Under the pieces are notes generated by a model that worked only from the letters and a program-made list of their open reading frames with translations, made no database searches and had not been told where the DNA came from. Positions 29,270-38,326 of a stretch of 64,000 nucleotides of DNA are shown piece by piece (position 1 is the stretch's first letter; every line of letters begins with the position of its first letter). Made by a program: the position numbers and the translations under genes. Source of the DNA: Acidimicrobiia bacterium (GTDB lineage Bacteria > Actinomycetota > Acidimicrobiia > Spongiisociales > UBA5794); contig JBPCMS010000019.1 of assembly GCA_051002015.1 (NCBI GenBank), positions 4,422 through 68,421 of the forward strand, read 5' to 3'.

Positions 29270-30142
29270 ATGTCCTTCACCGATGTCGCCGCGACGGCCG
29301 ACGCCCTGCAGCGGTCCGGGTATCTCACCGACGACCGCATCGCCCAGGTCGTCTTCCTCGCCGATCGGCTGGGCAAGCCGATCCTGGCCGAGGGCCCCGC
29401 CGGGGTGGGCAAGACGTCGCTGGCGGTGGCGGTCGCTGCCGCCACCGGTCGACGGCTGGTCCGGCTCCAGTGTTACGAGGGTCTCGACGAGGCCAAGGCG
29501 CTCTACGAGTGGAACTACCACAAGCAGCTGCTCCGGCTGCAGGCAGACGAGGGCCGGCGGTGGGACGAGCTCGAGGGCGACATCTTCACCGAGGACTTCC
29601 TGCTCACCCGGCCGTTGCTCGAGGCGATCAGAAGCCCGGAGCCGGTCGTTCTGCTCATCGACGAGGTCGATCGGGTCGAGATCGAGAGCGAGGCGCTGTT
29701 GCTCGAGGTGCTCGACACCTTCCAGGTGACGATCCCCGAGCTGGGTACGGTCACGGCGACATCACGCCCGTTCGTGGTACTGACCTCGAACAACACCCGG
29801 GAACTGTCCGAGGCGCTGAAGCGGCGCTGCCTCTTCCTGCACATCGACTATCCGGATGTCGACCGGGAGCGGGAGATCCTGCTGACCAGGGTGGAAGGGC
29901 TCCCCGAGCGGCTCGCCTCCCGCATCGCCGAGGTGGTCCGCTCCATCCGCGGCGTCCAGCTCCGCAAGTCGCCATCGATCAGCGAGAGCATCGACTGGGC
30001 GCGGACGCTCATCGCTCTGGCGGTCACCGAGGTCGACGGTGCCGTCACGGACGACACCCTGCACGTTCTGCTCAAGTACCAGTCCGACATCGACAAGGTG
30101 CGCCGTCAGCTCGACCTCACGTCGTTCGGCTCGGCCGGGTAG
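29270..30142 (+). CDS. MoxR-family AAA+ ATPase (CoxD-like)
   Basis: 290 aa with Walker A (GPAGVGKTS) and Walker B (LLIDEVDR). Followed by a VWA partner. Confidence 0.85.
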   Translation: MSFTDVAATADALQRSGYLTDDRIAQVVFLADRLGKPILAEGPAGVGKTSLAVAVAAATGRRLVRLQCYEGLDEAKALYEWNYHKQLLRLQADEGRRWDELEGDIFTEDFLLTRPLLEAIRSPEPVVLLIDEVDRVEIESEALLLEVLDTFQVTIPELGTVTATSRPFVVLTSNNTRELSEALKRRCLFLHIDYPDVDREREILLTRVEGLPERLASRIAEVVRSIRGVQLRKSPSISESIDWARTLIALAVTEVDGAVTDDTLHVLLKYQSDIDKVRRQLDLTSFGSAG

Positions 30143-30148
30143 CCGGCG

Positions 30149-31594
30149 GTGCTCAAGTCGCTGGCGAATTTCGCCGCCGAGCTCAGAACCACCGGGATCC
30201 CGGTCTCGATGGTCGAGGTCATGGACGCGGTGGCCGCCATCGACCATGTCGACCTGGGCAACCGGGAGGCCGTGCGGACCGCGCTTGGCGCCACGATGGT
30301 CAAGACCGCCCGTCACCGCCGCACCTTCGACGTCGCCTTCGACGTTTTCTTCGGGCTCGCCGCCGCCCCGTTCGGCGCCGGTGAGACGACCGACCAGATG
30401 GCGATCACCCTCCCGCCCGCCGCAGGGGGCGGGACCGGCGTGGGGTCTGGAGGGGATCTCGACGAACTGGTCGAGGCGATGGTGGCGGCGCTGCGCTCCG
30501 GCGACCGCGAGCAGCTGCTCCGGTTGGTGCGGATCGCGGTCGACCGCTTCTCCGTCTTCCAGCCCGGCCGCCCGGTCGGGGGACGCCACTACCTCTACCG
30601 GGTGATGAACCGTCTCGACACCCACCGGCTGCGTCTGCTGTTGGGCACCCCGGCCGAGGACGAGGCAGGTGATGAGGACGTGTTCAACCGGCGGCGCGCC
30701 GATATCCTCTCCGACGATCAGATCGACCAGATCCGCGCCGCCGTCCATGACGAGATCATGCGCCGGCTGGTGGCGGACCGGGGGAGCGAGGCCGTGGCTC
30801 GCACCCTGCGGGCCCCGCTCGTCGAGGACATCGATCTCATGCACGCCACCCGCGAAGAGCTGGCGGAGATCGGTGCCAGGATCGCCCCGCTGGCGCGCAG
30901 GCTCGCCTCCAGGCTTTCGGCGCGGCGACGCCACGGGCGCCGGGGTCGACTCGACGTGCGTCGCACCATCCGCCGGTCGCTCGCCCACGGTGGCGCCCTG
31001 GTGGACCCGCGGTGGAAGCCGCGACGGATCGCCAAGCCGGAACTGGTGATCCTGTGCGACGTGTCCGGCTCGATGGCCACCTTCGCCCGCTTCACCATGC
31101 AGCTCACCTACGCCATCGCCCACCAGTTCTCGAATGTCCGCACGTTCGCCTTCGTCGACGGCATCGACGAGGTCACCCGCTTCTTCGGACCCGGCACCGA
31201 CTTCGACGAGGCCATGCAACATGTGGCGGCGAGCGCCGAGGTGATCCACCGTGACGGGCACAGCGACTACGGGGTGGCGTTGGGTCGCTTCGCCGACCGG
31301 TTTACCGATGCGGTGACCCCGCGATCAACGGTGATCATCACCGGCGATGCCAGGAACAACTACCGGGACTCCGGGGTGACGGTGCTCGCCTCCATCGCCG
31401 ATCGGGCCCGGGCGGTGCACTGGCTCAATCCAGAGGCGAGTCGCTACTGGGACACCGGGGATTCGATCATGGCGACGTTCGCCGCGGTCTGCGACAGCGT
31501 CCACGAAGTCCGGACGCTCCGCCAACTCGAGCGCTTCGTGGAACGGGTAGCCCTGGAGCGCGCCCACCTGGGTCGGCGGATCGCGGTCCGGTAG
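30149..31594 (+). CDS. VWA domain protein (CoxE-like partner of MoxR ATPase)
   Basis: 481 aa. C-terminal VWA domain with MIDAS DVSGSM. Typical MoxR-VWA gene pair. Confidence 0.8.
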   Translation: MLKSLANFAAELRTTGIPVSMVEVMDAVAAIDHVDLGNREAVRTALGATMVKTARHRRTFDVAFDVFFGLAAAPFGAGETTDQMAITLPPAAGGGTGVGSGGDLDELVEAMVAALRSGDREQLLRLVRIAVDRFSVFQPGRPVGGRHYLYRVMNRLDTHRLRLLLGTPAEDEAGDEDVFNRRRADILSDDQIDQIRAAVHDEIMRRLVADRGSEAVARTLRAPLVEDIDLMHATREELAEIGARIAPLARRLASRLSARRRHGRRGRLDVRRTIRRSLAHGGALVDPRWKPRRIAKPELVILCDVSGSMATFARFTMQLTYAIAHQFSNVRTFAFVDGIDEVTRFFGPGTDFDEAMQHVAASAEVIHRDGHSDYGVALGRFADRFTDAVTPRSTVIITGDARNNYRDSGVTVLASIADRARAVHWLNPEASRYWDTGDSIMATFAAVCDSVHEVRTLRQLERFVERVALERAHLGRRIAVR

Positions 31595-31694
31595 CGGTCC
31601 GGACCACCGGCCCGTCCTCGTTGCACACCGGCCCTCTTCTTCGTGTCACACCCACCGGGTACGGTGCGGATGCGGTGGCGGGAGAGGAAGGCCA

Positions 31695-32342
31695 ATGCTC
31701 TGGTCCCGGCTCGCCGCCGGTGCCGCACTGCTGGTGCCATGGCTCATCACCGCACCGGCTCTCGCCGCCCCGACCTGCACCGGGCTGGTGGCGCCGGTCG
31801 ACGGTCCCGTGCTTCGTGACTTCGCACCGATCGGGCAGTACGCCGGGCACTGGGGAATCGACCTCGGGGCCACGCCGGGCACGCCGGTGGCCGCCGCCGG
31901 GGTCGGCGTGGTCAGCTTCGCCGGTCCCGTCGCCGAGCGGCTCTCGGTCACCGTCGATCACGGTGGCGGCCTCAAGACGTCATACTCCTACCTCGAGACC
32001 ATCACCATCACCGCCGGCCGTTCGGTGGTGACGGGTTCCGTTCTCGGCACCTCCGGCACCGACAACGGGCTCGATGCCGTCCACTTCTCGGTCAGGGTCG
32101 ACGGCGTCTACGTCGACCCCGAGCCGTGGCTGGGATGTCACCCGCCCGGCTCGGCGGTGTGGCTGACCATCGAGGCCACCCTCTCCGCTCCCTATGCTGC
32201 GCCGGGTGCGACGCGGCATCCTCGGCGGCACCTTCGACCCGCCCCACCTGGCCCATCTGGTCGCCGCCGAGACCGCATACCGTCAACTCGGGCTCGACGT
32301 GGTGACGCTGATACCGGCGGGCAGCGCGTGGCAGAAGGCTGA
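31695..32342 (+). CDS. secreted M23 (LytM-type) metallopeptidase
   Basis: Signal peptide (APALA-AP). M23 motifs (GHWGIDLGATPGTPV, DHGGGLKTSY, HFSVRVDG). The last roughly 50 codons overlap nadD out of frame. Confidence 0.8.
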   Translation: MLWSRLAAGAALLVPWLITAPALAAPTCTGLVAPVDGPVLRDFAPIGQYAGHWGIDLGATPGTPVAAAGVGVVSFAGPVAERLSVTVDHGGGLKTSYSYLETITITAGRSVVTGSVLGTSGTDNGLDAVHFSVRVDGVYVDPEPWLGCHPPGSAVWLTIEATLSAPYAAPGATRHPRRHLRPAPPGPSGRRRDRIPSTRARRGDADTGGQRVAEG

Positions 32343-32784
32343 TCGCCGGGTCAGCGATCCCCACCACCGCATGGCGATGACCGAGCTCGGCGTCGACGGC
32401 ATCGACTACCTCGAAGTCGACGCCCGCGAGGTGCGACGTGCCGGGTCGACGTACACCATCGACACCATCGAATCCTTCGGTGGCGACGACCTGGTGCTCA
32501 TCGTCGGGGCGGACGCCGCCGCCGGGGTGCGCACCTGGCACCGCGCCGCCGACCTGCTGACGGGCGTCGCCTTCGCCATCATGCCCCGTCCCGGTGTCTC
32601 CGTCGACGAGGTCGACACCGCCATCGGTCCCGTCGACATCACCTGGCTGCGCACTCCCGAGCTGGCGATCGCGTCCACCGAGTTGCGGGCCCGCGTCGCC
32701 GGGGGCGACTCGATCCGGTTCCTGGTGACGGACGGCGTGTGGCGATACGTCGACGCCCACCTGCTCTACCGGGGGGCGGATTGA
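32194..32784 (+). CDS. nadD: nicotinate-nucleotide adenylyltransferase
   Basis: 196 aa with GGTFDPPHLAHL (HxGH-type) at the N-terminus. Confidence 0.9.
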   Translation: MLRRVRRGILGGTFDPPHLAHLVAAETAYRQLGLDVVTLIPAGSAWQKADRRVSDPHHRMAMTELGVDGIDYLEVDAREVRRAGSTYTIDTIESFGGDDLVLIVGADAAAGVRTWHRAADLLTGVAFAIMPRPGVSVDEVDTAIGPVDITWLRTPELAIASTELRARVAGGDSIRFLVTDGVWRYVDAHLLYRGAD

Positions 32785-32883
32785 GGCCAGAGGCGCGGCA
32801 GGGCGCAACGCCTGGCGGCATCGTTCATGTTCCGGTCCCCGAATCTTCTAGGATGACGCCCGTTCACATCCCAAGGGAAGGTC

Positions 32884-33261
32884 ATCATCAGCGCTGACCA
32901 TCAAGCCGTCGATGCGGCCAAGACAGCCGCCGCCGCCATCGCCGACAAGAAGGGCACCGCCGTCGCCCTCCTCGATGTCTCCACGCTGATCGTGCTCACC
33001 GACGTATTCGTGATAGGCACCGGTACCTCGAACCGTCACGTCAAGACCCTGGTCGACGAGGTCGAGGCCCAGATGAAGCAGGCGATCGACCGCAAGCCTC
33101 TCCGACGCGAAGGCGTCGAGCACGCCCGTTGGGTGCTACTCGACTATGGCGACATCGTGGTGCACGTCTTCGACGCCGAGACCAGGGACTACTACGACCT
33201 CGAGCGGCTGTGGGCGGACGCACCACGGATAGCCTTCGAGCCGGTCAAGGTCGAGGCCTGA
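32884..33261 (+). CDS. rsfS: ribosome silencing factor RsfS (start codon non-canonical; 5' end approximate)
   Basis: The ORF track starts at GTG 32992. In-frame upstream codons (IISADHQAVDAAKTAAAAIADKKGTAVALLDVSTLI) are clearly RsfS N-terminus. There is no ATG/GTG/TTG back to the TGA at 32854. SD gggaagg lies just upstream of ATC ATC. Confidence 0.75.
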   Translation: MISADHQAVDAAKTAAAAIADKKGTAVALLDVSTLIVLTDVFVIGTGTSNRHVKTLVDEVEAQMKQAIDRKPLRREGVEHARWVLLDYGDIVVHVFDAETRDYYDLERLWADAPRIAFEPVKVEA

Positions 33262-33279
33262 TAACATCCCGGGATTCCC

Positions 33280-33352
<73 letters not shown>

Positions 33353-33473
33353 CCGAGACAAAGTCCCAGGACAACGGGGTTTCTGTCGGCCGTCGACTCG
33401 CCCAGCCGGCCCGACGGTGGCCTTCCATCGCCGGGATCGCCGCCTGCAGACCCACATTGTTACGCTGAGGGGC

Positions 33474-34124
33474 ATGACCGAGCCGATCACGCCGCGGCAG
33501 TTCCACGAGGCCGTCGGCGTCGAGGACTGGCGGGTGCTGTTCGGCGGGGCGTGCGCGCACTTTCGTACCGGGTCGTTCGCCACGGGCGTCGCGCTCGTGG
33601 ACGCGATCGGGAAGCTGGCCGACGCTGCGAACCATCACCCCGACGTCGACCTGCGGTACGCCGGTGTGACCGTCCGGCTGATGACGCATGAAGTCGATGG
33701 GCTGAGCCAGCGCGACGTCGAGCTAGCCCGGCAGATCTCGGCGGCGGCGCGCGAGTTGGACGTCCCCGCCGACCCGACCGCCGTGCAGACGGTTCAGGTC
33801 GCGATCGACGCGCTCGTCGGTCCCGGGCTGAGGCCATTCTGGCGCGCCGTGCTCGGGTACGAGGAGTTGGGTGACGAGGACCTGATCGACCCCTACGGAC
33901 GCGGGCCGTCCTTCTGGTTCCAGGAGATGGACGCGCCGCGCCCACAGCGCAATCGCATCCACGTCGACATCTCCGTGCCGCACGACCAGGCCGAGGCGCG
34001 CGTCGCGGCGGCGATCGCCGCCGGCGGCCACCTGGTGACCGACCGGCACGCCCCGAAATGGTGGACACTGGCCGACGCCGAGGGGAACGAGGTCGACGTG
34101 GCCACCTGGATGGGCCGCGACTGA
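33474..34124 (+). CDS. pterin-4a-carbinolamine dehydratase-like domain fused to VOC/glyoxalase-like domain
   Basis: Internal ATG MTEPITPRQF. N-terminal half carries a PCD/DCoH-type motif (ANHHPDVDLRY). C-terminal half resembles VOC-fold proteins (FWFQEMD...RIHVDISVP). Confidence 0.6.
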   Translation: MTEPITPRQFHEAVGVEDWRVLFGGACAHFRTGSFATGVALVDAIGKLADAANHHPDVDLRYAGVTVRLMTHEVDGLSQRDVELARQISAAARELDVPADPTAVQTVQVAIDALVGPGLRPFWRAVLGYEELGDEDLIDPYGRGPSFWFQEMDAPRPQRNRIHVDISVPHDQAEARVAAAIAAGGHLVTDRHAPKWWTLADAEGNEVDVATWMGRD

Positions 34125-34308
34125 GCGTATCTGCCCTGCAACGGTCAGTGTGGGGGAGATGCTCGGGTAGTCGTCAGATGCTTCTCTCACGGTCGGGTCA
34201 ACGTGTTGAAGACCATGTAATGCTCGAGCCCGCCAACCCGGGCGAACCCGACGGCCGGCCGTGCCGACCGGCGTCCCGATTACCCTTCGCCGCCCCTCCC
34301 GAGACCAT

Positions 34309-37059
34309 ATGACCACCTACGACCACACCATCGTCGAGACCACCTGGCAGCAACGCTGGGAGGAATCCGGGCTCTACCAGGCAACGGTCGACTGGGCGCG
34401 CCCCAAGCACTATGCCCTGACGATGCTGCCCTACCCATCCGGGGACCTCCACGTCGGGCACTGGTACATCATGACCCCTTCGGACGCCAGGGCTCGCTAC
34501 ATGCGGATGAAGGGATACAACGTGCTGTTCCCGATGGGGTTCGACGGCTTCGGGCTCCCCGCCGAGAACGCCGCCGTCCAGCGCAACATCCATCCGGCGA
34601 CGTGGACCAAGGCCAGCATTACCCGCATGCGAGGGCAGCTCCGATCGATGGGGACGATGTTCGACTGGGAGCGGGAGGTCGTCACCTCCGATCCGGAGTT
34701 CTACCGGTGGACCCAGTGGCTGTTCAAACGGCTCTACGAGCACGGCCTGGCCTACCGGGGCGAGGCCATGGTCAACTGGTCGCCCACGCTCAAGACCGTC
34801 CTCGCCAACGAGCAGGTGATCGACGGCAAGGACGAGCGGACCGGGCAGCCGGTGGTGCAGCGGATGATGGAGCAGTGGTTGTTCGCCATCACGCGCTACG
34901 CAGACGAACTACTCCGCTTCGACGGGATCGACTGGCCCGAGCCGGTGCGCACCATGCAGACCAACTGGATCGGGCGCTCCGAGGGCGCCGAGGTGGTGTT
35001 CCCCACCGCAGTCGGTGAGGGGATCCGTGTCTTCACCACCCGTCCCGACACCCTGTGGGGCGCCACCTTCATGGTCCTCGCCCCCGAGCACCCCCTGGTC
35101 GATGCCCTCACCACGGACGACCGCAGGGCCGAGGTCGAGGCGTATCGCACCCAGGCCGCTCGCAAGACCGACCTGGAGCGGATGGCGGACAGCACGGCCA
35201 AGACCGGGGTGTTCACCGGCGGCCATGCAACCAACCCGGTCAACGGCGCCCAGATCCCGGTGTGGGTGGCCGACTACGTCCTGCTGTCGTACGGGACGGG
35301 GGCGATCATGGCGGTACCCGCCCACGACCAGCGCGACTTCGAGTTCGCCCGAAGGTTCGACCTCCCCGTCGTCCCTGTGATCCATCCCGCTGGGGGGGAT
35401 CCGCTTTCCGGTGACGAGATGGCGGCCTCCTACGTCGGGCCGGGGGTGATGGTCGGCAGCGGCCCCATCGACGGGATCGAGACAACCCTGGCCAAGGGCA
35501 GGTCCAATCCGTCGGTGGCCGCCACCATCGACTGGCTGGAGAGCCAGGGGATCGGCACCGAATCGATCAACTACCGGCTGCGGGATTGGCTGATCTCCCG
35601 GCAGCGTTACTGGGGCGCCCCGATCCCGATCGTGCGGCGGAGCGACCGGGCCATGGAGGCGGTGGCCGACGGCGACCTCCCCGTGCTGCTCCCCGAGGAC
35701 ATCGAGTTCCACGGGACCAGCCCCCTGGTGACCTACGAGCCGTTCCTCGACACGGTCGACCGCGAGGGCCACCCGGCCCGGCGGGAAGCCGACACCATGG
35801 ACGGCTTCATGTGCTCGTCGTGGTACTGGTTCCGCTACCTGTCGCCGCACTTCGACGGCGGGCCCTTCGACCCCGAGGAGGCCGCATACTGGCTGCCGGT
35901 CGATACCTACACCGGTGGCGCCGAGCACGCCGTGATGCATCTGCTCTACGCCCGGTTCTTCGTCAAGGCGATGCGGGACATGGGGGCCTTCGACGACACC
36001 GTCGCCGCCATGGAGGCGCACGGCAGGGACCCGGCCGGGTTGTTCGACGAGCCGTTCCTGGCGTTGCGCAACCAGGGCCAGGTTCTGGGCGAGGAGCGGG
36101 AGGGCGATCGGATCGTGGTCGACGGAGCGATGGTCGAGGGCAGGGTGGTCGCCACCTCGGTCAGGGTCATCCCCAACGCCGCCGGCGGCGATGGTGCGGT
36201 GGCCGGCGAGTTGGTGCGGCGCACCGGGAACATCCTCCAGGTGGCGACCCACGAGGGCACGGTCACCGTCGAGGTACCGGACGACGCTCCGGTCGGCATC
36301 CCATCGATCCGGGGCGTCAACGACGTCAACCAGCTCCGCCACCGTCTCGAGGTGCAGCGGATGTCCAAGTCGCGAGGCAACGTCATCGACCCCGACGACC
36401 TGGTCCGGCGGTACGGCGCCGACACGGTGCGCACCCACCTGATGTTCGCCTACGAGTGGCAGAAGGGCGGGCCCTGGGACAGTCGAGGCATCGTGGGATC
36501 GCGCCGCTTCGTCGAGGACGTGTGGAAGCTGGCGACCGCCTCGTACCGGGAGATCGAGGTCGACCCGGTCGCCGTCGAACGGTTGGCGCGGCGGGTCCAT
36601 CAGACCATCGCCAAGGTGGGCGAGGATCTGGAGCACGTCAAGTTCAACACCGCCGTCGCCGCCCTGATGACGCTCCGCAACGAGCTGCAGGCGGTCCTCC
36701 GCCAGGGATCGGTCGCCGCCGGGGGATGGGACCAGGCGGTCGACACCCTGCTGCTGCTGCTGGCCCCGATAGCCCCCCACGTCACCGAGGAGCTGTGGCA
36801 CCGCCGTGGCCACCCTGACTCGATCCACCTCGCCTCATGGCCCGAGGCCGACCCGGAGATCGCCAAGGAAGAGGTGGTGGTGATGGTCGTGCAGGTCAAC
36901 GGCAAGGTCAGGGACCGTATCGAGGTGGCGGCAACGATCGGTGAGCACGACGCCATCGCCGCCGCCCTCGCCTCCGATCGGGTGGCGCCGTATCTCGACG
37001 GCGGTGAGCCGCGCAGGGTCATCGCCCGGCTCCCCAACCTGATCAACGTCGTGGTGTGA
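34309..37059 (+). CDS. leuS: leucine--tRNA ligase
   Basis: Internal ATG MTTYDHTIVE. HIGH-type motif (PYPSGDLHVGH), CP1 editing domain, KMSKS variant (RMSKSRGN). Confidence 0.95.
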   Translation: MTTYDHTIVETTWQQRWEESGLYQATVDWARPKHYALTMLPYPSGDLHVGHWYIMTPSDARARYMRMKGYNVLFPMGFDGFGLPAENAAVQRNIHPATWTKASITRMRGQLRSMGTMFDWEREVVTSDPEFYRWTQWLFKRLYEHGLAYRGEAMVNWSPTLKTVLANEQVIDGKDERTGQPVVQRMMEQWLFAITRYADELLRFDGIDWPEPVRTMQTNWIGRSEGAEVVFPTAVGEGIRVFTTRPDTLWGATFMVLAPEHPLVDALTTDDRRAEVEAYRTQAARKTDLERMADSTAKTGVFTGGHATNPVNGAQIPVWVADYVLLSYGTGAIMAVPAHDQRDFEFARRFDLPVVPVIHPAGGDPLSGDEMAASYVGPGVMVGSGPIDGIETTLAKGRSNPSVAATIDWLESQGIGTESINYRLRDWLISRQRYWGAPIPIVRRSDRAMEAVADGDLPVLLPEDIEFHGTSPLVTYEPFLDTVDREGHPARREADTMDGFMCSSWYWFRYLSPHFDGGPFDPEEAAYWLPVDTYTGGAEHAVMHLLYARFFVKAMRDMGAFDDTVAAMEAHGRDPAGLFDEPFLALRNQGQVLGEEREGDRIVVDGAMVEGRVVATSVRVIPNAAGGDGAVAGELVRRTGNILQVATHEGTVTVEVPDDAPVGIPSIRGVNDVNQLRHRLEVQRMSKSRGNVIDPDDLVRRYGADTVRTHLMFAYEWQKGGPWDSRGIVGSRRFVEDVWKLATASYREIEVDPVAVERLARRVHQTIAKVGEDLEHVKFNTAVAALMTLRNELQAVLRQGSVAAGGWDQAVDTLLLLLAPIAPHVTEELWHRRGHPDSIHLASWPEADPEIAKEEVVVMVVQVNGKVRDRIEVAATIGEHDAIAAALASDRVAPYLDGGEPRRVIARLPNLINVVV

Positions 37060-37499
37060 TCGCAAGCCGTTCGATCACGGCGCGCGATGCGCTCCTCGCC
37101 GCCGGAATCGATCCCGCCGAGGTCGGGCGCGCCCTGCCCACCGTCGACCCGGGACGGGCCAGGATCAAACCGGCCTCCCGCTGGTTCCGCCGGACCTGGG
37201 CCAAGGGCATCGCCGCCGTGACCATGCCCTGGGGGATCTTCGTCACCCCCGAGGTCTTCGCCGGTCTCGCCGACCGGGATGAGGCGTGGCGGCACGGCGT
37301 CCTCGTGGTCCATGAGCTGGTTCACCTCGACCAGTACCGGCGCATCGGTCCGCTGGGCCACGTCGGCCGCTACCTGGGCGACTACGTCAGCGGACGTTGG
37401 CACGGGCGATCGCACTGGGACGCCTACCGCGACATCCGCCTCGAGGTGGAGGCCCGCACCGTGGCCGCCCGGTTCGCCCCGGGACGGAGGGCGCCGTGA
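37056..37499 (+). CDS. small cytosolic HExxH-motif protein (putative Zn-metallopeptidase-like, DUF4157-like)
   Basis: 147 aa. GTG start overlaps the leuS stop (GTGA). Motif VVHELVHLDQ, preceded by the hydrophobic WGIFVTPEVF segment. Confidence 0.5.
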   Translation: MIASRSITARDALLAAGIDPAEVGRALPTVDPGRARIKPASRWFRRTWAKGIAAVTMPWGIFVTPEVFAGLADRDEAWRHGVLVVHELVHLDQYRRIGPLGHVGRYLGDYVSGRWHGRSHWDAYRDIRLEVEARTVAARFAPGRRAP

Positions 37500-38263
37500 G
37501 CCGATGGCGCCCGCTGGAGATGGCGTACCTGCCCGAGACCAGGTGGGCCTTCGGCGACGTGGTTCTGGCCCTGGGGGCCGGGTTTGCCGCCGCCATCCTT
37601 GCCGGGTCGGTGATGGTGGCCGTCACCGCGGCCGATGAGATCACAGTCGCTCAGGTCACGGTGACGCTGCTCGCCCAATCGGCGGCCACCGTAGCCACCC
37701 TGATCGGGCTCGGCCGGAGCCGTGGCACCGGATCTTTGGCGGAGCGGGTGGGCTTGGCGTGGCGCCGGTCGGACACCTGGGGCATCCTGGCCGGGCTCGC
37801 CCTCCAAGTGGTGGTGGCGGTGCTGATCGGCGGGCTCATCAGGTTGCTGGCGCCCGACGAGCTGGCCCAACAGGCGGTCGCCGGGGTGGTTGGCGGCGCC
37901 TCACGGTGGCTGGAGATCGTCGTCCTGCTGGTGATGCTGGTGGGGGTGGCCCCGGTGGTCGAGGAGATCGTGTACCGGGCGGTCCTGCTGTCGCGTCTGC
38001 GGCGCTCGATGGCGCCGTGGCCGGCGATCCTGGTCTCAGCCGCCTTCTTCGCCGGGGTGCACCTGATCGACCCAGGGGCGCTGTACGCCGTCCCCGGCCT
38101 GTTCGTGATCGGTGTTGCCCTGGGATGGCTGGCGCTCGCCACCGGTGACATCGGTCTCCCCATCGCGGTGCACGCCGGTGTCAACCTGACCGGTGCCCTT
38201 GCCCTGATCTTCGAGGACGAGCTCGCCGAGGCCGTCGACGCCGTGGTCCACCTGGTCTTCTGA
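37496..38263 (+). CDS. CPBP-family intramembrane glutamic endopeptidase (CAAX protease/Abi)
   Basis: GTG start overlaps the upstream stop (GTGA). Polytopic, with EExxxR (VVEEIVYR), FxxxH (FFAGVH) and HxxxN (HAGVN) motifs. Confidence 0.75.
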   Translation: MSRWRPLEMAYLPETRWAFGDVVLALGAGFAAAILAGSVMVAVTAADEITVAQVTVTLLAQSAATVATLIGLGRSRGTGSLAERVGLAWRRSDTWGILAGLALQVVVAVLIGGLIRLLAPDELAQQAVAGVVGGASRWLEIVVLLVMLVGVAPVVEEIVYRAVLLSRLRRSMAPWPAILVSAAFFAGVHLIDPGALYAVPGLFVIGVALGWLALATGDIGLPIAVHAGVNLTGALALIFEDELAEAVDAVVHLVF

Positions 38264-38326
38264 TCCGGTGACGATCCCGGGTGCGCCGCCCGTCGCCGAC
38301 GGGACCCTGGAACGTGTCACACCCCC

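Noticed and set aside
31595-31694. c-di-AMP (ydaO-type) riboswitch upstream of the M23 cell-wall hydrolase gene
   Set aside because: The gap is only about 100 nt and lacks the conserved ydaO core segments.
34125-34308. T-box or other leader upstream of leuS (and the short regions upstream of valS and glyQS)
   Set aside because: I found no AGAGA/GNUGNA specifier-domain features and no T-box sequence by eye. The valS and glyQS upstream gaps (about 75 and 59 nt) are too short.
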